Positions 22,213 through 32,705 of a stretch of DNA of 64,000 bases are shown in pieces. A program made the translations under genes and the position numbers. The notes beneath the pieces are model-generated. The model saw only the letters and a program-made list of their open reading frames with translations, was not told the DNA's origin and searched no databases. Source of the DNA: a virus. Within the stretch, counting starts at the first letter, position 1, and every line of letters begins with the position of its first letter. The stretch is taken from positions 64,001 through 128,000 of the IMG/VR virus record IMGVR_UViG_3300030380_006185, one strand, 5' to 3'.

Positions 22213-22737
22213 TTATTTAGGTTGTAAAATAGCTAATGTTTGAGTTGAATGAACTATTGAAGCTACTTCATTAAAATATTTTAAAGCTATGCGCCTATAT
22301 CTTTCACGATCTGGCATCCAGAAGTCATGAAAAAATACTAATCCATCTTCTTTAAGATATGGTAAACAATACTCAGCACAAAACTGTCTAGCCCTACCAT
22401 CTATTAATATTCTATCATATTTTTTCTTTATTTGTGACGGATATTCTATATAGGTTTTGTATCTATCAGGAGTACTTGGAAAATCAGACCCACCATCTTC
22501 TGTTGGTATATGATAATTTTGTATATTTTTGATTTTATCTTCTTTAATTTTATCATTAACTTTATCATACCATTCTTTATTATGTTCAATGGAATAATAT
22601 TTTTTAACATATTTAGAAAAAAGCATAGTACTGCCACCACAGCCCCATTCTAACATACTTTGTTCTTTATTTAAAAATGCAATTATTAAATTAATTTCAG
22701 AATCATGCATCCATGGTTTACTTGGTACTTCACTCAT
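22213..22737 (-). CDS. Class I SAM-dependent methyltransferase (polysaccharide O-methyltransferase-like)
   Basis: LEWGCGGST, SIEH..EW, YDRILIDGRAR, FFHD; start taken at ATGA overlap 22737. Confidence 0.8.
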   Translation of the reverse strand: MSEVPSKPWMHDSEINLIIAFLNKEQSMLEWGCGGSTMLFSKYVKKYYSIEHNKEWYDKVNDKIKEDKIKNIQNYHIPTEDGGSDFPSTPDRYKTYIEYPSQIKKKYDRILIDGRARQFCAEYCLPYLKEDGLVFFHDFWMPDRERYRRIALKYFNEVASIVHSTQTLAILQPK

Positions 22738-23525
22738 ATTTGTGTTATTGTTTGGTTTGGAAATTGATAATGACATACACCATCAATCATCATATTTTTA
22801 TGACTACAGTCATGTATTTGTTTATCTTTTATTTCTTTTAATAAGATTTTATATGATTTAGGTGATATTAAATGGTGTTTTGTTAAATCATTTCTTAGAA
22901 CACATTTTCTTAAAAATCTCTCACAGGTCCACCCATTAAAATACTCCCAGATTTTGCCATTATAATTTTTTATTTTTGAAATTGCTTTATAAGTCTCATT
23001 TAAATATTCTTTATCATTTAAATAATCAATTTTAGAAATGTTTATAAAATAAAAATTAGTTTGAGGAAAAAAATCATTTTTAATAATATCCTCAAAATTA
23101 AAATTATACTTAATCATTCCTCCATAACCTATACTACCTAAATAATAAAAATCAGCTTCTGGTATTTCTTTAAAGAAGATTTCATAATTTAATATAATAT
23201 CATTAGATGATTTACATAACCATGTTATATTATTTACTTTACAATAATCAACTAGTAAATTATCTAAATCAGCAGTTCCAAAGTTATGTCCTCTGTTAAT
23301 TTTAGAATCTAATATAATACAATCTGGAAAATATTTTTTCCATACTTCGTTATTTTGGTCTTGTAAATTGCAACTATAGTTTGTCGCTACTATTATATTT
23401 TTAAATTCTTCTAATACCTCTAAATTATATAATATATATTGTTCTAATGTCTCAAGATCATCTTCATTAGAAATATACCCTATAGTACCATAATATGTTT
23501 TATTAATAAGTTGCTTTAAATTCAT
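22734..23525 (-). CDS. Hypothetical protein, possible GT-A fold
   Basis: NRGH..G and CKSSNDII pattern within sugar cluster. Confidence 0.4.
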   Translation of the reverse strand: MNLKQLINKTYYGTIGYISNEDDLETLEQYILYNLEVLEEFKNIIVATNYSCNLQDQNNEVWKKYFPDCIILDSKINRGHNFGTADLDNLLVDYCKVNNITWLCKSSNDIILNYEIFFKEIPEADFYYLGSIGYGGMIKYNFNFEDIIKNDFFPQTNFYFINISKIDYLNDKEYLNETYKAISKIKNYNGKIWEYFNGWTCERFLRKCVLRNDLTKHHLISPKSYKILLKEIKDKQIHDCSHKNMMIDGVCHYQFPNQTITQI

Positions 23526-24117
23526 CTGGTGATATTAAAGTTAATAATTTAGTTCTATTAGTATTAAAATATTCCCATGAATCAATACCTTGTTGTAATT
23601 CATTTTTATCTATTTCAAAATCTTTTTGATTTTTTAAAATAACACCTACACCCCAATCATCATCTACCACAAAATGTTTATGTTGTGGATTATTTATTCT
23701 GGATTGTAAAAAGGCTTTATAAACATCTCCATTCCAATTTATTTGCCCATTTCTTGGAATTTGAGCATGTGCTTTAGTTGGTGGATTACAATCATGCATA
23801 GCAATTACACCTGTGTCAATACTATGTTTTAGACTATTATTAATATCTTTAATAACTTGAGTACTATGATGTAAACCATCAATGAATACTATATCATATT
23901 TAATATCAGGATGGTCTTTAATTAATTCAAAAAAATCATCTGATGTAACTGGATAGTTTACTTTGGGGTGTACTACACCTTCAGCTCCTGGGTCTACTCC
24001 ATCTTTATGAGGAATATTTACTGCTTCAATACATTCACCATTAAAAACTCCAATTTCTAAATAATTTACAAAGTTATTCTTTTTTATAAAAGTATTTATA
24101 ATATCAAATCTACGCAT
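23503..24117 (-). CDS. Class I SAM-dependent methyltransferase (Methyltransf_24-like)
   Basis: YLEIGV..G, GVDP, YDIVFIDGLH, MHDCNP. Confidence 0.85.
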   Translation of the reverse strand: MRRFDIINTFIKKNNFVNYLEIGVFNGECIEAVNIPHKDGVDPGAEGVVHPKVNYPVTSDDFFELIKDHPDIKYDIVFIDGLHHSTQVIKDINNSLKHSIDTGVIAMHDCNPPTKAHAQIPRNGQINWNGDVYKAFLQSRINNPQHKHFVVDDDWGVGVILKNQKDFEIDKNELQQGIDSWEYFNTNRTKLLTLISPDEFKATY

Positions 24118-24773
24118 TATATTAATGTATTATAAAATTCATTTTGTTTTTCTTGTTTTGTGAGTGTTTTAGGATGTTTTAAACACCATTCTTCTTCTGT
24201 TGGAAGGCAAGCTACTGTTTTATAACCTTCAAGAAATTCATGGATTTTTCGTGTCCACTTAATATTTTTAACATTTTTATAAACTCTCCATTGGTAATCA
24301 GGGAAATTAACCCAACCCTTATTATTTACCATCCAACCCCATTTATTAACATGTTCTTGTGTTAACCCTTCAACAGTATTAATTCTTGGAACTAAAATCA
24401 CATCAACATTGTTGTTTTCTAATACTTCTGGTAGGGCTTCTATCATATAAAGTGAAGGCATCTCATCTGCATCAATTTGGTAAATATAATCTCCTGAGCA
24501 ATATTTTGATATGTTGTTTTTAAAATTAGCAAAATGTCCATCCAATGCAAAATCACATATAAATTTAATTTGTCCTTCTCTATCTAAATTACCACAATAT
24601 AAATTAACTTCCATTTCAGGGGTTAATGGGGTATGGGATGCAGATTTTTTACATGCTTTGTCTTGTTGTACAACTATTTCATCTTGGGGTCGTTTGTTTC
24701 GGATTAAAAAATTGACTAAATTTTGTATTTCTACAAATTCATTACATACTGTTATAGCGTAACTTATTTTCAT
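24117..24773 (-). CDS. Glycosyltransferase family 2
   Basis: ISYAITVCNE, QIDADE, PDYQWR, IHE. Confidence 0.85.
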   Translation of the reverse strand: MKISYAITVCNEFVEIQNLVNFLIRNKRPQDEIVVQQDKACKKSASHTPLTPEMEVNLYCGNLDREGQIKFICDFALDGHFANFKNNISKYCSGDYIYQIDADEMPSLYMIEALPEVLENNNVDVILVPRINTVEGLTQEHVNKWGWMVNNKGWVNFPDYQWRVYKNVKNIKWTRKIHEFLEGYKTVACLPTEEEWCLKHPKTLTKQEKQNEFYNTLI

Positions 24774-25597
24774 TGAGCATGGTTTTCTAAATCATTTAAT
24801 AGTGCTAATGCTTCACCAAAATTAAAATAATGGGCTTTGCATATTCTTATGTAATACTCATTTGTTTTTGTTATTTGTCCTATACTAATTTCAATGTTTG
24901 TAACTTCTATAGCTTTATCTACTTTTAATAACTTTGTTTCTTTTTCTGTCATAACTTTTATTTAAAATGGTAAATCATCTACTTTATTATTTGATTTAAA
25001 ATGAGGAAGTAACAGATCTATTTTATCTTCTAATAATTTAACTCTATCTTCTAATAATCTAATTTTATCTTCTAAAGCTACTTGTGCCGCAGGTTTTTTA
25101 TTAAAATATTCATCTAAAAATGAAGTTGGGTACATACAAACATATCCTGCTGGTACTAGGGATGTTTCTATATCTTTTTTCCCAACATAAACACCCTTAG
25201 AAACAGCAGCAGCATGTACTTTTGTTCCTAAATCTTTTCCTGCTGGTCTACCTAAATAATCATATAAACTTTGGGTTTCTATAAGCATAACTTTTATTTT
25301 ACTATGTAAACCATTTCTTGTCCCTTTTTTTCTCCTTCAGTCCACTTTGCAATTCCATGATTTTTACGAATATCAGAGATAATTCTACCTGCTTCGTTTT
25401 CAGAAATGTTTTTAAAGGATAAAGTGGTTTGGATACATTTTTTCTTCTTAGGTTTAAGAACAACGTTCTCTTTTGTGCCAACATTTACTTGATTTACTTC
25501 AAAAAATACTGGTTCTTCTAAGTGTACTGTTAATCTTGTCATAACTTTTAATTTTTTAATATACTAAAATATACAAAACATTTATTAAGATACCTAC

Positions 25598-26062
25598 CTA
25601 TTCTGGTAGGATTCCAATATGGGATAATGCATCTATGTATTCTCTTTCTGGGAAGTATTTTATATTATCCATGTCCATTCTATATTCCATGAATTCACCT
25701 TCTTTACCAGGTATAGGGTATTTTTCTTTATCTTCTTCAGAAACTTTAACAGCTTTAACTGCTGCCCACCCCCATTGACTTGAATTAGATCCATTAGCAA
25801 ATATCATTCCTATACCTTTTTGGTTAATAGTATTTGGAATCCATACGAGTTTTGTTTTTGGGTCTTCCCAAGCTAAATCTTTATATAATTCAGGTAAAAC
25901 CTCCATTTGATGATTATAAAAATCTTCACCTTCTTTCATCAAACTGTTTGTCCAAAACCCACAACTCAAACTTAAGTAGTTAGTAATGTCAGGTGTTACT
26001 TGAGTTTTATAACATAAATCTCCTCCTGATTTTGGGCAGTTAATTATTTCTTCGTGTGTCAT
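25598..26062 (-). CDS. Hypothetical protein
   Basis: 154-aa ORF coupled to GT genes. Confidence 0.7.
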   Translation of the reverse strand: MTHEEIINCPKSGGDLCYKTQVTPDITNYLSLSCGFWTNSLMKEGEDFYNHQMEVLPELYKDLAWEDPKTKLVWIPNTINQKGIGMIFANGSNSSQWGWAAVKAVKVSEEDKEKYPIPGKEGEFMEYRMDMDNIKYFPEREYIDALSHIGILPE

Positions 26063-27375
26063 ACTTTTTTTAGTTTTGGTAATTGCAATTTTGGTAGTTC
26101 TGGTTTATCCTTTTTTATTTTTTTTAATTTAGGTAATTTTAATTCTACTTGTTTTGGGAATTCAGGTAATCTTTCTGTGAGTACTTTATCTATTTTTTCT
26201 TTCATTGCTTCAAATGAAAACTTTGATCTAGAATGAAAGCCTTGTCGTTTTGCTAAATCTTTATATCTTTTATAATTTGTAAAAATGTCTTTAAAATAGT
26301 GCCCTACTTGACCGGTATCAACATTAAACCATTGTGCTTCTTTTAATAACATATTGTTTGCTGCTGAAGGGTGAACTTCTTTTAAAGTTCCACTCATCAT
26401 TGTTGTAAAGTTAGGATTAAGATAATCTGTATGCCCACTCCAATTTGTTGTTAAAATTGGTTTGTTGGTTAAAGAAAATTCAAGTAGTGGTCTACCAAAT
26501 CCTTCACCTTTAGTTAAATTAACCATCGCTTTAACTTTTGAATGGTTGTATATCTCATTCATTTCCTCATCAGTAAACTCACCATGTAGTAAATATACAT
26601 TTGGTAAATTCTTTGATTTACAAGTAGCTTTAATTGCTTTAATTTTTTCAATTATAGTATCTCTATCCATATAAGAGGATCCAACTTGAGATGTTTTTAA
26701 AATAAGAGCAGGTTTCTTTGATTTATTTTTAAATGTTTCAAAAAACGCTTTTATCATTAACCCAACATTTTTTCTATCTTCACCTATATCTCCTTGAATC
26801 CAATGTCCTACAAACAAATATGCAAATGATTCTTTTACATTAGATAAATCAAATGTTGATTGTATTGGTTTATAAACATCTGTGTTTACTCCTTCAAACA
26901 TTATTTCACTTTCACCTTCCCATATAATATGCCCTACAGGTTGGTTTGTTTGTTTATCTCTTTTTTCAAATTTACTATTCTTTAAAACATCAATTGTATG
27001 TTTAGAAGAACCTAAAATTAAATCCATTCTTCTACAACCTTCAACCCATTCAGCAGGTGCTATAGTTGTTTCAATCCCTGCTGTAATTCCAATATTATAT
27101 TTACCTACTTTTTGAAATTCATTTGGAACTGTTATTTGTGCCCAAATCTCTGGTTGGGATGGTAATTGAGGGGTGGTTAATAAAAGTGGTTCTAGGAAAT
27201 CCCATTCAGGATTATTTTTAATAAAACCAAATGGGGTGTTTCCCCATCTTTGAGGTAGAATTTTTACATCATATTTTTCTAATTCTACAACTGCTTTAAC
27301 TATATCTCTTGATCTTGCTCCATATCCAGAGTAAGTATCAATAGGACAGCTTATTACAAATACTGGTTTGCTCAT
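26059..27375 (-). CDS. Glycosyltransferase family 4 (GT-B)
   Basis: SGYG, DRKN, GEGFGRPLLE, TNWSGH. Confidence 0.85.
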   Translation of the reverse strand: MSKPVFVISCPIDTYSGYGARSRDIVKAVVELEKYDVKILPQRWGNTPFGFIKNNPEWDFLEPLLLTTPQLPSQPEIWAQITVPNEFQKVGKYNIGITAGIETTIAPAEWVEGCRRMDLILGSSKHTIDVLKNSKFEKRDKQTNQPVGHIIWEGESEIMFEGVNTDVYKPIQSTFDLSNVKESFAYLFVGHWIQGDIGEDRKNVGLMIKAFFETFKNKSKKPALILKTSQVGSSYMDRDTIIEKIKAIKATCKSKNLPNVYLLHGEFTDEEMNEIYNHSKVKAMVNLTKGEGFGRPLLEFSLTNKPILTTNWSGHTDYLNPNFTTMMSGTLKEVHPSAANNMLLKEAQWFNVDTGQVGHYFKDIFTNYKRYKDLAKRQGFHSRSKFSFEAMKEKIDKVLTERLPEFPKQVELKLPKLKKIKKDKPELPKLQLPKLKKV

Positions 27376-27381
27376 AACTTT

Positions 27382-28821
27382 TTAGTATAATAATTCGTGA
27401 TTAATTGTATCTTCTTCAACTTCATTTACATTGATTAGCTCATATTTTTCGCGTGGAGTCCACGTGTTAAATAATTTATCTATCGCATTAATTGCGCGTT
27501 CTGCCATAGCTTCACTTGTAAGTCCTGCTTTTTCTACAGCCCACTCTCTACCTTCTTTACCTAAACGTTTTCTTTCATCTCTACCCATATAATATAAATT
27601 TTCAATTTGGATAGTTGCATCTTCAGGTTTGCACCTATCATCCCAAATATAAGGGGTTTTAGGAGAACCTTGTAAAGATCTATTTGTTGGGAATACTGGG
27701 AATGACCAACTTCCATGTTTTTGATATCTTCCAGTATGATTTGAAGGTATTTCAGGGGTTGGTTCATACCAATTCCCATCTTCATCTTCAAATCCCATTT
27801 GGTCTTGCATTCCACCAGTTACATTAGCTATAATTGGAGTACCTGCTAATATTGCTTCGGTTAATGTTAATCCCCAACCTTCATTTGAAGTTAATAATAT
27901 TTGAGCATCAGCTAAATTATACATAAAATTTAACTCTTTATTTCCTAACTTACTAGTAGAGAATAAAATTGCTTCAGGGTAATCTTTAAATAAAATTTTT
28001 CTTACTTCCTCAAGATTAGTTCCATGCTCACTTACTATTTCAGTATGGAGAATTAAAGAACACTTTTCTGCTTTTTCTTTAGGTAATTTATCTAAAAAGT
28101 ATCTAAACGCAAGCATTGTATCTGGGATTTGTTTTCTTCTAATGTTTCTTGAATTGAAAAATAAAACAAAATCTTTTTCTTTCCCACCAAAGATATGTGA
28201 TTTAAATTGTTCAAATTCTTTTAGATCAGATTCATTTTCAAGTGGGTAATAAATGTTATGATTTAAACCATGTGGAACATATTCTATTACTTTATTTTTT
28301 GCTTTATCTCCTAAAACAAGTTCATTTATAAGCTTTGTTTGTTTGGAAATAGCTAAAAGTGCATCACATGACTCGTAAAATGATTTATTATAAAGAGGAG
28401 TTGGATAATCATCCCAAATATTCAAATAAATAATTGGAACCTCTTGTCTAATTTCATTTTCCATAGCAAACAACCACTCAAAATATCTTGGATCAGTAAT
28501 AATCATTATAGCATCAGGCTTTTCAGTAGCCATTAATTGTCTAACTAAATTCCCATCTCCATAACCATCTACAGGATATAAAAATACTGAGGAATCTTCT
28601 ATTTCTGCATTTTTATTTGTATCGGAAGATAAATCAAATCTTTTACCTTTTTCAGGGTGTTTTATAGCTCCTGCTACATTAACCCAATTAAAGTGTTGGC
28701 AAGTATTAATTACCATTTCACGAGCAACTGTTGCTACTCCTGAGTGGACTCTAATATCATCGCAAATTAATAGGATTTTTTTTCTCTCATTTTGAGGGAG
28801 ATAACCAAATTTTTCTTTCAT
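27382..28821 (-). CDS. Glycosyltransferase family 4 (GT-B)
   Basis: HSGV, RNIRRK, NEGWGLTLTEAILAGTPII. Confidence 0.88.
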   Translation of the reverse strand: MKEKFGYLPQNERKKILLICDDIRVHSGVATVAREMVINTCQHFNWVNVAGAIKHPEKGKRFDLSSDTNKNAEIEDSSVFLYPVDGYGDGNLVRQLMATEKPDAIMIITDPRYFEWLFAMENEIRQEVPIIYLNIWDDYPTPLYNKSFYESCDALLAISKQTKLINELVLGDKAKNKVIEYVPHGLNHNIYYPLENESDLKEFEQFKSHIFGGKEKDFVLFFNSRNIRRKQIPDTMLAFRYFLDKLPKEKAEKCSLILHTEIVSEHGTNLEEVRKILFKDYPEAILFSTSKLGNKELNFMYNLADAQILLTSNEGWGLTLTEAILAGTPIIANVTGGMQDQMGFEDEDGNWYEPTPEIPSNHTGRYQKHGSWSFPVFPTNRSLQGSPKTPYIWDDRCKPEDATIQIENLYYMGRDERKRLGKEGREWAVEKAGLTSEAMAERAINAIDKLFNTWTPREKYELINVNEVEEDTINHELLY

Positions 28822-28857
28822 ATAACTTTTTTATTTTTTAAATATAAAACTTAGATT

Positions 28858-29046
28858 TTAATCTTCCAAGCTTAAATTTGTGTGGTTATGAATTTGTTTT
28901 CTAAATTCTTCATCCGTTAAATATAAATGGATTGCTCTTTCGGATAATTTTTGAAATGAAAACTTTCTCTTAATACATTCTACTTTAAATGTTTCAAACA
29001 GTGTTTTATCAATTTTTACACTAGTTAATTGTTGATCTTTTGACAT
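28858..29046 (-). CDS. Ribbon-helix-helix DNA-binding protein
   Basis: TSVKIDKTLFETFK...SFQKLSERAIHLYL. Confidence 0.6.
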   Translation of the reverse strand: MSKDQQLTSVKIDKTLFETFKVECIKRKFSFQKLSERAIHLYLTDEEFRKQIHNHTNLSLED

Positions 29047-29090
29047 TATATTCTTATTTTAATATTGTTGGATATACATATATGAGTATT

Positions 29091-30026
29091 TTAGTAAGTC
29101 GCAGAACATAAGTGAGTTTTGTTAAAAGGACACCAATGACAGTTTTTATGTGGAGTTGGTTGATGATCTTTATCTAAATACCCATCTTGACCAAATGCTT
29201 CATTTATAAAATTATTAAGGGATTTTTGAACTCTATTCATCTTAACTTTACCTGAGGGGGGTGTGAATGTTTGGATTCTTCTAATTACAAATTCTTTACT
29301 TTCGTATAGTTTACGTTTAACGATAAAAAACTCAACCTCTATTTTTTCAACGGGAACATTATATAGTTCAGCAAAATATTTTTTATACAACACCAATTGA
29401 AGTTGTTTATTTTCATCTGATTTCATTGTTTTATTCCAACCAGATTTGCTTGTTTTAATATCTATAATTTTAAATGTTTGGGTTGGTTCATGATACATTA
29501 CAACATCTAAATATCCCTGTAATAATAGGTTAGGTTTATATTTATGAGGTGTTACTTTAACAGGTACTTCACATCCAACTAAATGCCAACCACGTTTTGA
29601 AAAATATTTTTTCTTTCTTTTAGCAAATTCTCTAATTATTTCAACTCCATCTTCATAAAACTCTCTTAGCTCTTCTGGGGATGAGAAATGTTGTTTATTA
29701 TTGGATTTGTATTGTTTGATATATTCTTCTCTAAGAGTTTCCTCTAACATTTCAGAGGTATTTATTCGATCTGCTTCAGCATAGCTTTTATCATACATTA
29801 CTGTAAGGTAATGTTGTAATACTTCGTGCAAAGCGGTTCCAAATACAGTATGGATACTTGAGGTGAATTGTTTATGACCTTCTCTATATTGTAATGACCA
29901 TTTTTTAGGGCATTCATTAAACATAGATAGTTGAGAATAAGAAATTGCCTTTTGATAAGCAAAATTTATCTCAGGCAATTGTTTCTCTCTAATCTCTTTG
30001 AGGATAGAGGGTTTTTTCTTTGACAT
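29091..30026 (-). CDS. PD-(D/E)XK exonuclease (Cas4/AddB-like, four Cys)
   Basis: SYSQL...CP, GTALH, GYLD, IIDIKT, QL-LY, C-terminal CxxC-x6-C. Confidence 0.85.
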   Translation of the reverse strand: MSKKKPSILKEIREKQLPEINFAYQKAISYSQLSMFNECPKKWSLQYREGHKQFTSSIHTVFGTALHEVLQHYLTVMYDKSYAEADRINTSEMLEETLREEYIKQYKSNNKQHFSSPEELREFYEDGVEIIREFAKRKKKYFSKRGWHLVGCEVPVKVTPHKYKPNLLLQGYLDVVMYHEPTQTFKIIDIKTSKSGWNKTMKSDENKQLQLVLYKKYFAELYNVPVEKIEVEFFIVKRKLYESKEFVIRRIQTFTPPSGKVKMNRVQKSLNNFINEAFGQDGYLDKDHQPTPHKNCHWCPFNKTHLCSATY

Positions 30027-30040
30027 AACTATAAAATACA

Positions 30041-30066
30041 AAAAAAGCCTGTCAAAGACAAGCTTT
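30041..30066 (-). terminator. Rho-independent terminator
   Basis: AAAGCTTGTC-TTT-GACAGGCTTT then T-run. Confidence 0.7.
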
Positions 30067-30091
30067 AATTTAATTTATATAAGAGTTTAGT

Positions 30092-30436
30092 TTATTTTCT
30101 ATTATAATCGTCTTCAATTCTTACTATATCATCTTCTCCAAAATACGAGCCGTGTTGGACTTCTATAAAGACTAAATCTTTTTCTTCTTTATTTTCAACT
30201 CTATGTTTTACACCTTGAGGAATTAAAACAGTTTCTCCATACTCATAATTACGTATTTCATCATCAAGAGTTATAGTGGCAACCCCAGAAACAACTGTCC
30301 ACACCTCACTTCTTTTAAAATGATATTGGTAACTAAGTCTACCTCCTGGGATAACAGTTATTTGTTTTACTTTACATTTTTCATTTGAGAGGAGAATTTC
30401 GTATTTACCCCAAGGTCTACTTTCATTTTCTTCCAT
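30092..30436 (-). CDS. Mannose-6-phosphate isomerase type II cupin
   Basis: RPWGKY, LSYQYH..RSE, FIEVQHGSYFGEDDIVRIEDDY. Confidence 0.9.
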   Translation of the reverse strand: MEENESRPWGKYEILLSNEKCKVKQITVIPGGRLSYQYHFKRSEVWTVVSGVATITLDDEIRNYEYGETVLIPQGVKHRVENKEEKDLVFIEVQHGSYFGEDDIVRIEDDYNRK

Positions 30437-30442
30437 AGTGTT

Positions 30443-30865
30443 TTATTTTTTTAATAGCCAACTACTAGATTGTATCTTGTCACCAAGCCCATCTAAAAGT
30501 TTTATCCCTAATTCATTGCAAATTGGACTTTCTGGGATAGATTGGTTGTTTTGGTCTCCTCCATTGGCAAAATATAATTCCCATGTTTTACCATATTCAT
30601 TATGGATATGTTTTAGGGTTTCTATTTGCGTTCTGTCTTCATCTATAGAAATTAAAGCATGTCCAACATATTTTATAGAACTTACTATTTCTAATCTTTC
30701 ATTTTCTTCTTGGAATTCTTTTGATCCCTTTAATTCTCTTTGTAGGTCAGAATTAACTATAGCTATGACATAATCATCACTAAATTCTTTAGCTTTTCTT
30801 AAAAGTTCTAGGTGTCCTTTATGGATGGGGTTAAAATATCCACTAACTATAACTACTTTTCTCAT
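30443..30865 (-). CDS. Cytidylyl/adenylyltransferase (TagD/RfaE-like)
   Basis: SGYFNPIHKGH, FANGGD, KIQSSS. Confidence 0.88.
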   Translation of the reverse strand: MRKVVIVSGYFNPIHKGHLELLRKAKEFSDDYVIAIVNSDLQRELKGSKEFQEENERLEIVSSIKYVGHALISIDEDRTQIETLKHIHNEYGKTWELYFANGGDQNNQSIPESPICNELGIKLLDGLGDKIQSSSWLLKK

Positions 30866-30867
30866 TT

Positions 30868-30936
30868 TTAACAATTACAGCAGTTACAGCTACAACTAGT
30901 TTTACATTTACATGTTTGGCAGTTACAATCTTTCAT
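30868..30936 (-). CDS. Metallothionein-like microprotein (22 aa, 9 Cys), not in ORF track
   Basis: MKDCNCQTCKCKTSCSCNCCNC*; exactly fills the gap between flanking genes. Confidence 0.7.
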   Translation of the reverse strand: MKDCNCQTCKCKTSCSCNCCNC

Positions 30937-30942
30937 TTTTTT

Positions 30943-31179
30943 TTATTTTATGATTCCGGCTCTCACCATCATTTTTTTTCTTTCAGCTAGTGCTTCTTCT
31001 CCACCCATTATAGCTTCAAAATCAATCATCCCTAACTCACCAGCAACTCTACTCAATTCAATCATATTATTTGCTACTTTACGGAGTTCTTCATCAGATG
31101 AAGCATCATCTTTAGCAAATTCTAGTACTCGAAGGAGTAAAGGGATTGATAATTCAACTGTAGTTTTTGGGTTTCTCAT
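30943..31179 (-). CDS. Hypothetical protein with C-terminal KMMVRAGI motif
   Basis: Motif shared with 31179 and 37283 proteins. Confidence 0.7.
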   Translation of the reverse strand: MRNPKTTVELSIPLLLRVLEFAKDDASSDEELRKVANNMIELSRVAGELGMIDFEAIMGGEEALAERKKMMVRAGIIK

Positions 31180-31565
31180 TATGCAAATTTTGCTCTTACT
31201 GCAGCTCCTAAATCCGCATCATTAGAATGTTTTTTAATCATTTTTCTAACTTCTCCTCTAATAGCTTCTGCACTAGCATCAATTCCTACTGCTTCTTCCA
31301 TTGTATCATCTTCTTCATAGTATGATTCTTTTACATCATCTTCCTCATACATACCTTCTTTAACTTCTTTTTCCTCTTTTTCTTCTCCTTCATTCATAAA
31401 ATGCTCAAAAGCCATTTCATAATCTGATTTTTCACGAGGTGGGATTTGGGTAATTGCTTCAACTCCAACGATTCCACCAGCCATGTAGTGTTCGTTTAAG
31501 TTTTCTTTTTCTTCATTAACAGGCACTCCTGCTAATTTTTGCATTCGATTTAATTCTTTTGACAT
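31179..31565 (-). CDS. Acidic protein with RMQKLAG motif; candidate virion internal/scaffold protein
   Basis: Glu-rich, repeated (L/V/M)xE sites, preceded by ATATTTATAA motif. Confidence 0.5.
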   Translation of the reverse strand: MSKELNRMQKLAGVPVNEEKENLNEHYMAGGIVGVEAITQIPPREKSDYEMAFEHFMNEGEEKEEKEVKEGMYEEDDVKESYYEEDDTMEEAVGIDASAEAIRGEVRKMIKKHSNDADLGAAVRAKFA

Positions 31566-31992
31566 TTTATAGTATTTTATTATAAATATTAACCTTTTAT
31601 TGTTCTTTCAATTTTTTCAAGATAAAGTATAGCATCCATATGTTCTTGTTTAGCATGTTCTATCCAATCTAGGATGCCTAAGTCTGTTCTATCTAAATCT
31701 GTATTGTATTTTTCTTTTCCAAATTTAGCTCTTTCAATAAATTGATCAATAACTGAATCAACTATTGAGTCTGTTTTTTCAATTTTTCTTTTTTTCATGT
31801 ATGTACCAAGGTAAAGTGTCTTTTTTCTTTTTAGGTTTTTCATACCAACCTACATTAGGAAGAATTGTACCTAAATGACTTTTATCTAATAATTCAATGT
31901 TATAGGTTTTAGGAGATTTAATTTCTATTATTTCTCCTGTATAGCTTTCTCCTAAAAATGTACAATGTACTTTATCTCCTATTTTTAGTTTT

Positions 31993-32451
31993 TTACCCAC
32001 TTTTTAATAGTTTTTTAGATTCTTTTTCATCAACACCCATAGTATGGAGTATATTTAGGGTTTCTTTCTTTTTTAAAACTTCTAAGTATCTAGCAGCTGT
32101 AAATTTACCACATTGAAAATAGTCACTTAAAATTTCTACAAGTTGTGGATTAGGGGATTTTTTCTTACTTTTTATATACTTTAAGAAAACCTTCTTTTTT
32201 GGAATCATTTCTCTATAAATATTATAGGTTTGTATTTTATTATCGTAAGGTATAGTTTGGACATGATTAGTCAATTCAACGTAATTTACATTCATAGACA
32301 CAAACCGATGAATCATATAGGAGTTAAAACAATCCCATGATTCATCAGTAAAACAATTAGCAGGTGTTTTATATAGAGTGATTTCATTTAACCACCCCCA
32401 TATATTTTTTATCTGCTTTCTGCCTGGTCTAGGGTATCTACTAGTCTTCAA
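31993..32451 (-). CDS. Clamp-loader small subunit (T4 gp62-like)
   Basis: YMIHRFVSM, KKKVFLKYIK, YFQC..A..Y; position near large subunit. Confidence 0.7.
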   Translation of the reverse strand: MKTSRYPRPGRKQIKNIWGWLNEITLYKTPANCFTDESWDCFNSYMIHRFVSMNVNYVELTNHVQTIPYDNKIQTYNIYREMIPKKKVFLKYIKSKKKSPNPQLVEILSDYFQCGKFTAARYLEVLKKKETLNILHTMGVDEKESKKLLKSG

Positions 32452-32705
32452 TAGTCATATCTTTATATTCTTCTCTAATTTCAGGTGGAATAGAATCTTT
32501 AAGAATTTTCTTTGATTCTAAATCATAAAATACAGGGATAGGCATAAGCATATCTTCATCTGTTCCTGTTACAAATTTGGATACTTTACGAATTACTACC
32601 GCTTGTCCAAATAATTTACCTCCATCGAATCCCTCTACTGCTGTAGTGTTTGTTAGGTCAATGTTTGGTTGTTGTGGGGGTGCTTGATTTTGCATTATTT
32701 ATTAT

